Notes under the pieces: model-generated
Databases searched by the model: none
What the model was told of the DNA's origin: nothing
What the model saw: the letters and a program-made list of their open reading frames with translations, nothing else
Position numbers and translations under genes: made by a program
DNA from: Candidatus Thalassarchaeaceae archaeon
GTDB taxonomy: Archaea > Thermoplasmatota > Poseidoniia > MGIII > CG-Epi1
Length of the DNA stretch: 57,437 bases
Direction: 5' to 3'
Assembly: GCA_963578705.1 (NCBI GenBank)
Contig: CAUZDT010000002.1
Coordinates: 1-57,437 of the forward strand
In this document: positions 1 through 8,409 of the stretch, in pieces
How positions within the stretch are numbered: the stretch's first letter is position 1
How the letters are laid out: each line of letters opens with the position of its first letter

Positions 1-719
1 TCATCGCCGGGATGCACGATAACGACGCCGCAGGCGCAAATCAGCTCGGGGCGCGTGGTGGCGATGATGACATCATCGCCACCGCCGACAGGGCTCCAGC
101 GCACGTCGAGCAGCCGCGTGTTCCGCTGCAAGCGCGTCACTTCCGCCTCGGCGATGGTCGTGCCTTCGACCGGGTCGTAGAGATTCGGCCGCAGCGCCTC
201 GACGATTTCGCCGCGGCGGAACAGGTCGACGAAGATAGACTGCGTCACCGCACGGTAGTTGGGGGAATCGGTCTGGTATTCGTTCTCGAAATCGCACGAG
301 AGCCCGACGCGGCGCGCAATGTGCCGCATTTCGGTGGTGAAGGATTCGATGGTCTCGCGGCATAAATCAAGGAATTCGCCGCGCTCCCAGCTGCGCATCT
401 TGCGGTCGTGCTTCTTCTCGACCGTGAACTCGACGTTGATGCCGTTGCGGTCGACGCCCCACGGGAACTTGACTTCCTTGCCGAGCAGCCGCTGGCTGCG
501 CGCAATCACGTCAATCATCGAGTAATGTGCGACGGCGCCGATGTGCCACGTCCCCGATGGGTAGGGGGGCGGGGTGTCAATCACGAACAGCTCGCGCCCC
601 GAAGCGGGGTCGAAGCCGTAGCACCGCTCGTATGCAGCGAGGTCGCCGTAGTGCTCGCGCTGGATGCGCTGCTCAAGGTCGACCGACCACCGTTTCTCGG
701 AAATCCGGAATTCCGGCAT
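1..719 (-). CDS. valS: valyl-tRNA synthetase, N-terminal ~240 aa (gene continues beyond window start)
   Basis: Reverse-strand frame is open from ATG at 719 to the window edge. It is absent from the ORF track because there is no in-window stop. Translation MPEFRISEKRW...FVIDTPPPYPSGTWHIGAVAHY...VIIATTRPELICACGVVIVHPGD shows the class-I aaRS PPPYxSG/HIGH region and a ValRS-type ATTRPE motif. Confidence 0.7.
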   Translation of the reverse strand, partial: MPEFRISEKRWSVDLEQRIQREHYGDLAAYERCYGFDPASGRELFVIDTPPPYPSGTWHIGAVAHYSMIDVIARSQRLLGKEVKFPWGVDRNGINVEFTVEKKHDRKMRSWERGEFLDLCRETIESFTTEMRHIARRVGLSCDFENEYQTDSPNYRAVTQSIFVDLFRRGEIVEALRPNLYDPVEGTTIAEAEVTRLQRNTRLLDVRWSPVGGGDDVIIATTRPELICACGVVIVHPGD

Positions 720-793
720 TACGCGCTGCGGACCCTGCTGCCGGTTTAATGGCTTCCCCCAAGTGCTATTATTCCCGCGACACTCCCCTGTCA

Positions 794-1966
794 ATGACCG
801 GCGCCCGCGACCCGCTTATCGTCAGCTTCGCCCGCACGCCACAAGGCAAGTTCGGCGGCGCGCTGGCCGGGGTCAGCGCGCCCGACCTTGGGGGCATGGC
901 CATCCGCGCCGCGGTCGCCCGTGCCGGCATCGCGCCGCAAGTGGTCGGCGAAGTGGTCATGGGCATCGTGCTCCCGGCCGGGCTGGGGCAGCACCCGGCG
1001 CGGCAGGCGGCGGTAGCCAGCGGAATCCCCGATGCAGTCCCGGCCTACAATATCAACAAGATGTGTGGCTCAGGGATGAAGGCACTGATGAACGCGGCCA
1101 ACGCCATCCGCGCTGGCGAGCACGACGTCGTCGTCGCGGGCGGGATGGAGTCGATGTCGCGCACGCCGTTCCTGATTGGGCGCCGCAAGTGGAAGCCCGA
1201 TTCCGACAGCGAGCCGGTCGACCACCTGTTCCACGACGGGCTCTGCGACCCTTACCACGACATCGCGATGGGGTGCACCGGCGACCACGTTGCCGCAACG
1301 CGCGGCATCAGCCGCGCCGACAGCGACGGCTTCGCGCTCGAGTCGCACCGCCGCGCCGCGCACGCCACTGACGCTGGCTGGTACGCGGACGAAATCACCC
1401 CTGTCGCAACCCCGCACGGCGACGTGACGTGCGACGAGGGCTTCCGGCCCGACGCGTCGGATGCGGCGCTCGCCGCGCTGAAGCCGGTCTTCGGCGACGA
1501 GGGTGTCGTGACCGCCGGCAACGCTTCGCAAATTTCCGACGGCGGCGCGGCGCTGGTGGTGATGGCGCGCGAGACCGCCGAGGCCGGGGGCATCGCGCCG
1601 CTGGCAACCATCACGGCGCAGGCGGCGACCGGGCTGGCGCCCATGGAAGTCATGTGGGCGCCGGTCCCCGCGGTGCAGCAGCTCTGGGCGCAGAACGGCC
1701 GCGCGGAGGCGGACTACGACCTTTACGAGCACAACGAGGCGTTCGCATCCGCGTCGGTGGCGGTGATGCGCGGACTCGGCCTGCGGCACGAAAAGCTGAA
1801 CCCGTGCGGCGGTGCCGTCGCGCTGGGCCACCCCATCGGCTGCTCCGGCGCGCGCATCGTCGTCACGCTCATCAGCGCGCTGCGCCGCACCGGCGGCCAG
1901 CGCGGCTTCGCGACTGCCTGCCTGGGTGGCGGGATGGCGACGGCGATTGAGGTGGAGGTGGAATGA
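794..1966 (+). CDS. acetyl-CoA C-acetyltransferase (thiolase II)
   Basis: ORF 527..1966 trimmed to ATG 794 (MTGARDPLIVSFARTPQGKFGG). Thiolase motifs are present: NKMCGSGMKA (active Cys), NEAFA, GHPIGCSGAR, CLGGGMA. TATA-like ctattatt at 766-773 lies ~25 nt upstream, consistent with a leaderless start. ATG 749 is an alternative. Confidence 0.9.
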   Translation: MTGARDPLIVSFARTPQGKFGGALAGVSAPDLGGMAIRAAVARAGIAPQVVGEVVMGIVLPAGLGQHPARQAAVASGIPDAVPAYNINKMCGSGMKALMNAANAIRAGEHDVVVAGGMESMSRTPFLIGRRKWKPDSDSEPVDHLFHDGLCDPYHDIAMGCTGDHVAATRGISRADSDGFALESHRRAAHATDAGWYADEITPVATPHGDVTCDEGFRPDASDAALAALKPVFGDEGVVTAGNASQISDGGAALVVMARETAEAGGIAPLATITAQAATGLAPMEVMWAPVPAVQQLWAQNGRAEADYDLYEHNEAFASASVAVMRGLGLRHEKLNPCGGAVALGHPIGCSGARIVVTLISALRRTGGQRGFATACLGGGMATAIEVEVE

Positions 1967-2338
1967 ATAAGGACTTTCGCTTGGAGTTTGGCAGGGAATC
2001 TATGACTGGGAGCCATAGGAATCAGCCATGAACGAAGAAGATAAGAGGAAGAGAAAAGAGACTTACAGAAAATGGAAAGAAGGAAAGGATGACATTTGTG
2101 ATGGTGAAACTGAAGTTTATACAGCCTTATCAACAAATGAGCCTGTGACTATAGAAAATACAAGAAGAGGGCTTGAAATTGCCTTTTTATAAAGAGTTTC
2201 AACCAGAATATCTGCAAATCTCTTGGATTGCTCCAAAAAGAAGGGGGCAGAACTTGGGGAATAAGGGAATTCAGTCAATGCAAATTAAATGGCGTGACTA
2301 TTTTTGCCCTGAAACATCGTCCTGAACTTACGCCAGCA

Positions 2339-2347
2339 CTTATATAG
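2339..2347 (+). promoter_or_regulatory. TATA-like box upstream of the ribosomal-protein operon (would give a ~140-nt GC-rich leader)
   Basis: cttatatag is the only strong TATA-like element between the AT-rich islet and the rpl3 ATG at 2513. The leader contains short hairpins such as CGAGC-N8-GCTCG and CGTCG-ggaaa-CGACG. Confidence 0.3.
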
Positions 2348-2512
2348 GGTCCGTTTTTCGACGCGAGCCGCGCCTGGCTGAACCAGACGTTCGGGGCAAT
2401 CATCCCCACACCCCGCGAGCTAATTCCTGCTCGTCGGGAAACGACGTCACGGTTTGCCCGGGAGAGCGCGGTTCTACGCCTGTCCCTGCTACGGGAGGGC
2501 GCAAGCCAGCAC

Positions 2513-3523
2513 ATGTCGAAGAACAACAAACCCAGACGGGGCTCCCGCGCCTACAGCCCGCGCAAGCGTGCGCGTTCGGAAACGCCGCACGTCTCCAGCT
2601 GGCCGGCTGGCGGCAACGGCGAGCCGCAGCTGCAGGGGTTCGCGGGCTACAAGGTCGGGATGACCCACATCATAGCGATCGACTACCGCCGCACTTCGAC
2701 CACAGCGGGGCAGGAAGTGCGGATGCCAGTTACAGTGGTCGAGGTGCCGCCGATGTTCGCCGTCGGCGTGCGCGGCTACATTCAGGACACGTACGGGCTG
2801 CGGACCTTCAGCGAGGTCTGGGCCGAAGAGCTGGACGAGATGCTCGCACGGCGGCTGCCGCTGCCCGCGGGGCAGGACCGCAAAGCGCGCTGGAAGCAGC
2901 TCAATGATGCGGACCTGGACGAAGTGCGGTTGCTGGTCCAGACGCAGCCGAAGCTGATTACGGGCGTCCCGAAGAAAAAGCCCGAAGTAATGGAGGTCGC
3001 GGTTCGTGGTGGTGACCTGCCGGCGCAGCTCGCCTTCGCCAAGGCGAAGCTTGGCAAGGAGGTCGTGATGGCCGATTTCGCCGAGGATGGCGAGATGCTC
3101 GACGCGATTGCGATTACGACCGGCAAGGGGTTCCAGGGCCACGTCAAGCGCTGGGGCGTCAAACTGCTGACGCACAAGAATTCCAAGCACCGCCGCATGA
3201 TTGGTAACCTAGGGCCGTTTTCCCCCGGCTACGTCAAACCGACCGTCCCGCAAGCGGGGCAGACCGGCTACCACCAGCGCACCGAGTTCAACAAACGGCT
3301 GCTGCGGGTCGGCGACAATCCTGACGATATCAACCCCAAGGGGGGCTTCCTGCACTACGGGCTAGTGCGAGGGCCGTATGCCCTGCTCCATGGCTCGCTC
3401 CCGGGACCGTCGAAGCGACTGATACGCTTCCGCAAGGCGATTCGATTCCACGGCACCGCGGCCGACTCGAAGGTCGTCCCGGAAATCACGATGCTTTCGC
3501 AGGAATCTGCGCAGGGGGCCTGA
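2513..3523 (+). CDS. rpl3: 50S ribosomal protein uL3
   Basis: 336 aa. PRRGSRAYSPRKRA...FAGYKVGMTHI is typical of archaeal L3. It is the first gene of the conserved L3-L4-L23-L2 order. Confidence 0.95.
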   Translation: MSKNNKPRRGSRAYSPRKRARSETPHVSSWPAGGNGEPQLQGFAGYKVGMTHIIAIDYRRTSTTAGQEVRMPVTVVEVPPMFAVGVRGYIQDTYGLRTFSEVWAEELDEMLARRLPLPAGQDRKARWKQLNDADLDEVRLLVQTQPKLITGVPKKKPEVMEVAVRGGDLPAQLAFAKAKLGKEVVMADFAEDGEMLDAIAITTGKGFQGHVKRWGVKLLTHKNSKHRRMIGNLGPFSPGYVKPTVPQAGQTGYHQRTEFNKRLLRVGDNPDDINPKGGFLHYGLVRGPYALLHGSLPGPSKRLIRFRKAIRFHGTAADSKVVPEITMLSQESAQGA

Positions 3524-3524
3524 A

Positions 3525-4304
3525 ATGAAAGTCCCGGTTTACAGCGTCAGTGGTAAGGCCGGGAAATCGAAGGCTGCGCTGCCGGCCGCGTTTGACGGCC
3601 CGGTGCGCACCGACCTGATCCGCCGTGCGGTACGAACCGCGCAGGCCAACCGCCGGCAGCCCTACGGGGCGATGATTGGCGCCGGTATGCGCCACTCAGC
3701 CGAGTGGCCCGGCAAGGGCCGCGGGATGGCGCGCACACCCAGAACCCCCGTCGGACGCGGAGCCGAGGCGCCCAACGCCGTCGGCGGCCGTCGGGCGCAT
3801 CCGCCCAAGCCGTCAAAGGAGTGGGGGCTGAAGATGAACGCGCGCGAACGCCGTGTTGCGTTCCGCTCGGCGCTCGCAGCCACCGCCGACGCGACCGTGG
3901 TCGCCGGACGCGGTCACCGGCTGCCGGAGAAGGCGACGACGCCTTTCGTTGTTAGCAAGGGCATTGAAACTCTTGCCAGCAAGCACGAGGGCGAGTCGCT
4001 GACCCGCCGCGCGCAGAAGCTGCTGGAGGCGCTCGGGCTCGACGCCGAACTCGCGCGAGGCGCGGAGCGCAAGGTGCGCGCCGGCCGTGGCAAGCGGCGC
4101 GGCCGGCGCTACCGCCGCCCGAAGAGCGCGCTAGTCGTGCTCTCGGAGTTCAACGGCAGCGAGCGCGCGTTCCGCAACCTGGGTGGGGTCGAGGTGACCA
4201 CGGCGGCGCAGCTCAACACCGAGATGCTCGCGCCGGGCGGCGACCCGGGACGGCTGATGGTGATTTCGCAGCCCGCGCTCAAGGCGCTGGAGGCGCGACT
4301 GTGA
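3525..4304 (+). CDS. rpl4: 50S ribosomal protein uL4 (L4/L1e)
   Basis: 259 aa, starting 1 nt after the rpl3 stop. ...GKGRGMARTPR...GGRRAHPPK... and conserved operon position. Confidence 0.93.
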   Translation: MKVPVYSVSGKAGKSKAALPAAFDGPVRTDLIRRAVRTAQANRRQPYGAMIGAGMRHSAEWPGKGRGMARTPRTPVGRGAEAPNAVGGRRAHPPKPSKEWGLKMNARERRVAFRSALAATADATVVAGRGHRLPEKATTPFVVSKGIETLASKHEGESLTRRAQKLLEALGLDAELARGAERKVRAGRGKRRGRRYRRPKSALVVLSEFNGSERAFRNLGGVEVTTAAQLNTEMLAPGGDPGRLMVISQPALKALEARL

Positions 4305-4555
4305 GTTCGCACCGCGTTATCCTGAGCCCCCGTTCGAAGGAACGCGCGCTCTACATGCTCGACGACAACAAGCTCGAGTTCTACGTTTCTCGCACTTCGA
4401 CCAAGCCGGACATCCGCGCTGCGGTGCAGGACCTGTTTCAGGTCGAGGCACTGAAAGTCAACACCCGCATCACAAAGGAAGGCAAGCTCGCCATCGTCAC
4501 GCTGACGGCCGACCATTCGGCGGAAGACCTGAGCAACAGACTGGGGATTCTCTGA
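4301..4555 (+). CDS. rpl23: 50S ribosomal protein uL23
   Basis: 84 aa. GTG start overlaps the rpl4 stop (GTGA). Conserved position between L4 and L2. Confidence 0.9.
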   Translation: MSSHRVILSPRSKERALYMLDDNKLEFYVSRTSTKPDIRAAVQDLFQVEALKVNTRITKEGKLAIVTLTADHSAEDLSNRLGIL

Positions 4556-5253
4556 TGGGCAAGCGCATCATGAACCGGCGGCGCGGGCGGGGTTTCCGCT
4601 ATCGCGCGACCGACAACCGCTTCAAGGGCAAGGTGCGCCACCCGCGCGCCAAGTCTTCCAGCGGCGTCGTCCAGAAGCTGCTCCACGACCCGGGGCGCTC
4701 GGCTCCCGTGGCGCAGGTGCGCGATGGCGACGGCGACTACATGATGCTGGCGCACGACGGGATGCGCGTGGGGCAGTCAGTGACTGCCGGCCACGGCGCC
4801 GAAGTCGCGCGCGGTAATACGGTCTATATCGGCTCAATCCCCGAAGGGACACGAGTCTACAACGTCGAGCTGCAACCGGGTGACGGCGGGCGGCTGGCGC
4901 GCGCTGCGGGGCAGCGCGCGATTGTCGTCTCACACGGCAAGCAGACTACCGTGCGGCTCCCGTCGCGCAAGCACAAGACGCTCGATAACATGTGCCGTGC
5001 CACGATTGGCGCGGTCGCCGGCTCGGGCCGCGGCGAGAAGCCGATTGGCAAGGCTGGCAAGAATTTCCACCGCAACCGCTCGCGCGCTCGCATCTGGCCC
5101 ACAGTCCGCGGCGTGGCGATGAACGCGGTTGACCACCCGCACGGCTCTGGCCGCAAGCAGACCATCGGCATCCCGTCGTCGGTCTCGCGCCACACACCAC
5201 CCGGCCGCAAGGTCGGCCACATCGCGCCCAAACGCACGGGGGTGAAGCGCTAA
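4555..5253 (+). CDS. rpl2: 50S ribosomal protein uL2
   Basis: 232 aa. ...IGSIPEGTRVYNVELQPGDGGRLARAAG...VDHPHGSGR... TGATG junction with rpl23. Confidence 0.95.
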   Translation: MGKRIMNRRRGRGFRYRATDNRFKGKVRHPRAKSSSGVVQKLLHDPGRSAPVAQVRDGDGDYMMLAHDGMRVGQSVTAGHGAEVARGNTVYIGSIPEGTRVYNVELQPGDGGRLARAAGQRAIVVSHGKQTTVRLPSRKHKTLDNMCRATIGAVAGSGRGEKPIGKAGKNFHRNRSRARIWPTVRGVAMNAVDHPHGSGRKQTIGIPSSVSRHTPPGRKVGHIAPKRTGVKR

Positions 5254-5717
5254 TGGCCCGCCAGCGCAAGTCGGCGACGCCAAAGGCCGCGCGGAGGCGC
5301 GAGCGTAAGAGGCGCGCAGGCGTACAGGTACGCCGCAAGAAGGAGTACACCTACCGCGGGCTGACCGTCACCGAGCTGAAGGCGCTCTCGCTCGAGGAAG
5401 TTCTGGAGCTGATGCCGTCGCGCCAGCGCCGCTCGTTCACCCGCGGGCTGACGCGCGAGCAGGCAAAGATAATCCGGGACGCCGAAGCGGACCCCGATTC
5501 CGTAATCCGCACCCACCGCCGCGAAATGATTGTGATTCCCCTGTTCATCGGCCGCAAGTTTGCCATCTACGACGGGCAAGAGTTCGTCGAGGTGGAAGTG
5601 CAGCCGGAAATGGTAGGCCACTACTTCGGCGAGTTTGCGCAGACACGCACACCGCCTACGCATACGGGACCCGGCGTTGGGGCGACCCGTTCATCCAAGT
5701 TCATGCCGCTCAAATGA
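5253..5717 (+). CDS. rps19: 30S ribosomal protein uS19 (with basic N-terminal extension)
   Basis: 154 aa. ...KKEYTYRGLTVTEL...RTHRREMIVIPLFIGRKFAIYDGQEF...GHYFGEFA. TAATG junction with rpl2. Confidence 0.93.
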   Translation: MARQRKSATPKAARRRERKRRAGVQVRRKKEYTYRGLTVTELKALSLEEVLELMPSRQRRSFTRGLTREQAKIIRDAEADPDSVIRTHRREMIVIPLFIGRKFAIYDGQEFVEVEVQPEMVGHYFGEFAQTRTPPTHTGPGVGATRSSKFMPLK

Positions 5718-6166
5718 AAGGCTATTCGTTCCCCTACGACCCCGAAATCCACGCCGCCGCGCGCGGCAAGGAGATGGCAATCTCCCCCCGGCACGCGCGC
5801 GAAATCTGTCGCGCCATCCGCGGGATGGAGCTCGAGCGCGCGCGTGGCTATCTCGGGCGCGTAATCGATATGCGCGAGCCGGTCCCGTTCACGCGGCACG
5901 CCGGCAAGGTGGGGCACCGCAAGGGCAAGGGCCGCGCCGCAGGGCGCTACCCACGTAAGGCGGCCGCCGCCATTCTGAAAGTCATCGAGTCGGCGCAGAG
6001 CAACGGCGAGACGATGCACCTTGACATTGACGAGTGGCGCATCGTGCATGTTGCCACGTCGCGCGGGCCGGCCTTCGAGGCGCGCTTCCCGCGAGCGCGC
6101 GGCCGCTCCACGCCCAAAATGCGCGAGACCGCCAACGTCGAAGTGGTGCTGGAGGGCATCGAATGA
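5714..6166 (+). CDS. rpl22: 50S ribosomal protein uL22
   Basis: 150 aa. ATGA overlap with rps19. ...AISPRHAREICRAIRGM... in the conserved position. Confidence 0.92.
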   Translation: MKGYSFPYDPEIHAAARGKEMAISPRHAREICRAIRGMELERARGYLGRVIDMREPVPFTRHAGKVGHRKGKGRAAGRYPRKAAAAILKVIESAQSNGETMHLDIDEWRIVHVATSRGPAFEARFPRARGRSTPKMRETANVEVVLEGIE

Positions 6167-6951
6167 CGACTATCGCGCGCGAGATGGTCGAGGAGCGCGT
6201 GCGTCGCATGCTGGTCCACGACTTCGTCCGCAAGGAGGTGGCGCGCGCCGGTTTCGGCGGGCTCTCCATCCAGCGCACCCCGCTGGGAACGCACGTCCGC
6301 ATCCAGGCCGAGCGCCCCGGCATCGTCATCGGCCGCAAGGGGGTCGACATCAACCGGCTGACTGGGGAACTCGAGCGCACTTTCGGCTACGAGAACCTGC
6401 AGATCGAGGCGGCCGAGGTGGAGACTTGGGCGCTGAACCCGGACGTGATGGCGTCGAAGGTCGCCAACACGCTCGAGCGCGGCTGGAACTACCGCCGTGC
6501 GGGTAACTCGATGCTGCAGCGCGTCATGAGCGCCGGCGCACGCGGCTGCCAGATTACGATTGCCGGCAAGCTGACCGGGCTACGGCACCGCACCGAGAAG
6601 TTTATCGAAGGCCACATCAAGCACTGCGGCGAGCCCGCGCTGAAGCTGATGAAGGTCGGCTACGCGCAGGCGAAGCTGAAACCGGGAACCATCGGCGTTA
6701 AGGTCGTCATCATGCCGCCTGACGCGAAACTACCGGCCGAAATCACCGTCAAGCCGGTCGCCGTGCCAGAGCCGCCCGCGGAAGCCGTTGAGGGCGAGGA
6801 AGCCCCGGAAGCGGCGGACGCCGAAGCGGACGCAAAGGCCGCCCGCGAAGGCGAGGCGCAGCCAGAAGCTGAAGCGGCGCCGGCCGAAACCGCACCCGAG
6901 GCAGCTCCCGAAGAGCCGCCCGCGAAGGAAACCAAGGAGGATTCAAAGTGA
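6163..6951 (+). CDS. rps3: 30S ribosomal protein uS3 with Ala/Glu/Pro-rich acidic C-terminal tail
   Basis: ORF 6034..6951 trimmed to ATG 6163, which overlaps the rpl22 stop (ATGA). KH-type ...RPGIVIGRKGVDINRL... The last ~60 aa are AVPEPPAEAVEGEEAPEAADAEADAK... Confidence 0.93.
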   Translation: MTTIAREMVEERVRRMLVHDFVRKEVARAGFGGLSIQRTPLGTHVRIQAERPGIVIGRKGVDINRLTGELERTFGYENLQIEAAEVETWALNPDVMASKVANTLERGWNYRRAGNSMLQRVMSAGARGCQITIAGKLTGLRHRTEKFIEGHIKHCGEPALKLMKVGYAQAKLKPGTIGVKVVIMPPDAKLPAEITVKPVAVPEPPAEAVEGEEAPEAADAEADAKAAREGEAQPEAEAAPAETAPEAAPEEPPAKETKEDSK

Positions 6952-7154
6952 GCCGTAAGGCCGCTGCGCTGCGCGAGCTGGCGCCCGAGGAGCGCGTTGC
7001 GCGACTGGGCGAGCTGCGTAGTGAGCTGATGCACGAGCGCGGCGTCGCATCGATGGGCGGACAGCCCGCTTCGCCTGGACGCATGCGCTCGCTGCGCAAG
7101 CAGGTGGCGCGACTGCAGACCGTGATGCGCGAACTGGGGGAACGCTATGGCTGA
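6948..7154 (+). CDS. rpl29: 50S ribosomal protein uL29
   Basis: 68 aa. GTGA junction with rps3. ...LRELAPEERVARLGELRSELM... is typical of L29. Confidence 0.9.
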   Translation: MSRKAAALRELAPEERVARLGELRSELMHERGVASMGGQPASPGRMRSLRKQVARLQTVMRELGERYG

Positions 7155-7443
7155 CATCTGTTCCACCTGCGCGCTGCCGGTCGAAATCTGCGTCTGCGAG
7201 GATATCGCGCGCGAGCAGCAGGAAATACGCGTGCGTATCGAGAAGCGACGCTACGGTAAGCTGATGACTGTGCTCGAGGGGCTCGGCAGCGATATTGACA
7301 TTCCCGACCTGCTCAAGACGTTGAAGACCAAATGTGCCACTGGCGGCACCTACAAGGATGGTGCCATCGAGCTGCAGGGCAACCACACGCGTAACGTGAA
7401 GAAAATCCTGGGCGACATGGGCTTCCCGGTGGGTGACGCATGA
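7147..7443 (+). CDS. sui1: translation initiation factor aIF1 (SUI1 family)
   Basis: 98 aa. N-terminal CSTC..CVC knuckle followed by RRYGKLMTVLEGL...GGTYKDGAIELQGNH. 8-nt overlap with rpl29. Confidence 0.9.
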   Translation: MADICSTCALPVEICVCEDIAREQQEIRVRIEKRRYGKLMTVLEGLGSDIDIPDLLKTLKTKCATGGTYKDGAIELQGNHTRNVKKILGDMGFPVGDA

Positions 7444-7682
7444 AGATGGCGCAGCGCGAATTCATCGGCCGGCGCGTCACCGTCGCGGAGCACAGCGACC
7501 CGTCGCTGCGTGGTCTGGCGGGGACGGTCATCGACGAGACGCGCGAAACGCTACTGCTCGAGTCCGACGGGGGGCGCAAGCGCGTCGCCAAGCGCGGCGG
7601 CGGCTTCGACTTCGACGGTGAGACCGTCGCGGGCGACCGGATTGCGTTCCGGCCGCAGGACCGCACCCGGAGGTGCGCATGA
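7440..7682 (+). CDS. rnp1: RNase P protein component 1 (Rpp29/Pop4)
   Basis: 80 aa. REFIGRRVTVAEHSDPSLRGLAGTVIDETRETLLL. Canonical archaeal position before rps17. ATGA junction. Confidence 0.85.
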   Translation: MKMAQREFIGRRVTVAEHSDPSLRGLAGTVIDETRETLLLESDGGRKRVAKRGGGFDFDGETVAGDRIAFRPQDRTRRCA

Positions 7683-8014
7683 GCAAGCCGCGCGACATCG
7701 GCGTCGACGTGCAGCCGCCCGCGCACGAGTGGGACGGCGACCTGAACGACCCGTTCTACGGCACGCTCCCCGTCCGGGGGCAACTGTTGCAGGGCGTCGT
7801 CGTGCGTGCGCGGGCACAGCGCACCGCAGTGGTCAAAATTGAGCGCATGAAAGCCGATTCAAAATACGAGCGCTACCAACGCCGTTCGTCGCGTATCCAG
7901 GTCCACAACCCAGCCAGTGTCGGCGCGCAGGAGGGGGATGCGGTGACCATCATGGAGTGCCGCCCGCTCTCGAAGACCAAGTCGTTCGTGATTATCGAGC
8001 GGAGGGGCGCATGA
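7679..8014 (+). CDS. rps17: 30S ribosomal protein uS17
   Basis: ATG 7679 overlaps the rnp1 stop and has GGAGG 5 nt upstream. ...LQGVVVRARAQRTAVVKIER...IMECRPLSKTK... Confidence 0.92.
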   Translation: MSKPRDIGVDVQPPAHEWDGDLNDPFYGTLPVRGQLLQGVVVRARAQRTAVVKIERMKADSKYERYQRRSSRIQVHNPASVGAQEGDAVTIMECRPLSKTKSFVIIERRGA

Positions 8015-8409
8015 GGGCGGTCCCCGGTCGCCAGATGCGGGGTCTCCCGCAGGGAGCGCGTATCGACTGCGTCGACAACAGCGGCGCCAAGGTGGTCGAA
8101 ATCGTGACGGTCCTGAACTACAAGGGCGTCCACCGCCGCTCACCGTCGGCAGGCGTCGGCGACATGGTTGTCGCGTCGGTCAAGAAGGGAACCCCGGAAA
8201 TGCGGCGCCAGCTAGTGCGCGCAGTTATCGTCCGCTGCCGGCGGCCGTTCCGCCGCCCCGACGGGACGATGGTGAAATTCGAGGATAACGCGGTCGTGCT
8301 GACCAACGAAATGGGCGAGACGCGCGGATCCGGAATCAAGGGGCCCGTCGCCCGCGAAGCGGCTGAGAGGTGGCCGCGCATTGCCGCTACGGCATCTACT
8401 ATCATATGA
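8011..8409 (+). CDS. rpl14: 50S ribosomal protein uL14
   Basis: ORF 7957.. trimmed to ATG 8011 (ATGA junction), giving 132 aa. ...GARIDCVDNSGAKVVEIV... Confidence 0.95.
   Translation: MRAVPGRQMRGLPQGARIDCVDNSGAKVVEIVTVLNYKGVHRRSPSAGVGDMVVASVKKGTPEMRRQLVRAVIVRCRRPFRRPDGTMVKFEDNAVVLTNEMGETRGSGIKGPVAREAAERWPRIAATASTII

Noticed and set aside
12-749. Plus-strand track ORFs 12..365, 259..525 and 408..749
   Set aside because: This region is fully explained by the minus-strand valS N-terminus, which has clear aaRS motifs. The plus-strand translations are featureless.
1723-2136. 137-aa minus-strand ORF spanning the thiolase 3' end and the AT-rich islet
   Set aside because: Half of it is antisense to the thiolase gene. 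The remainder is the complement of a polypurine run (FLLSIFCKSLFSSSYLL), with no motifs.
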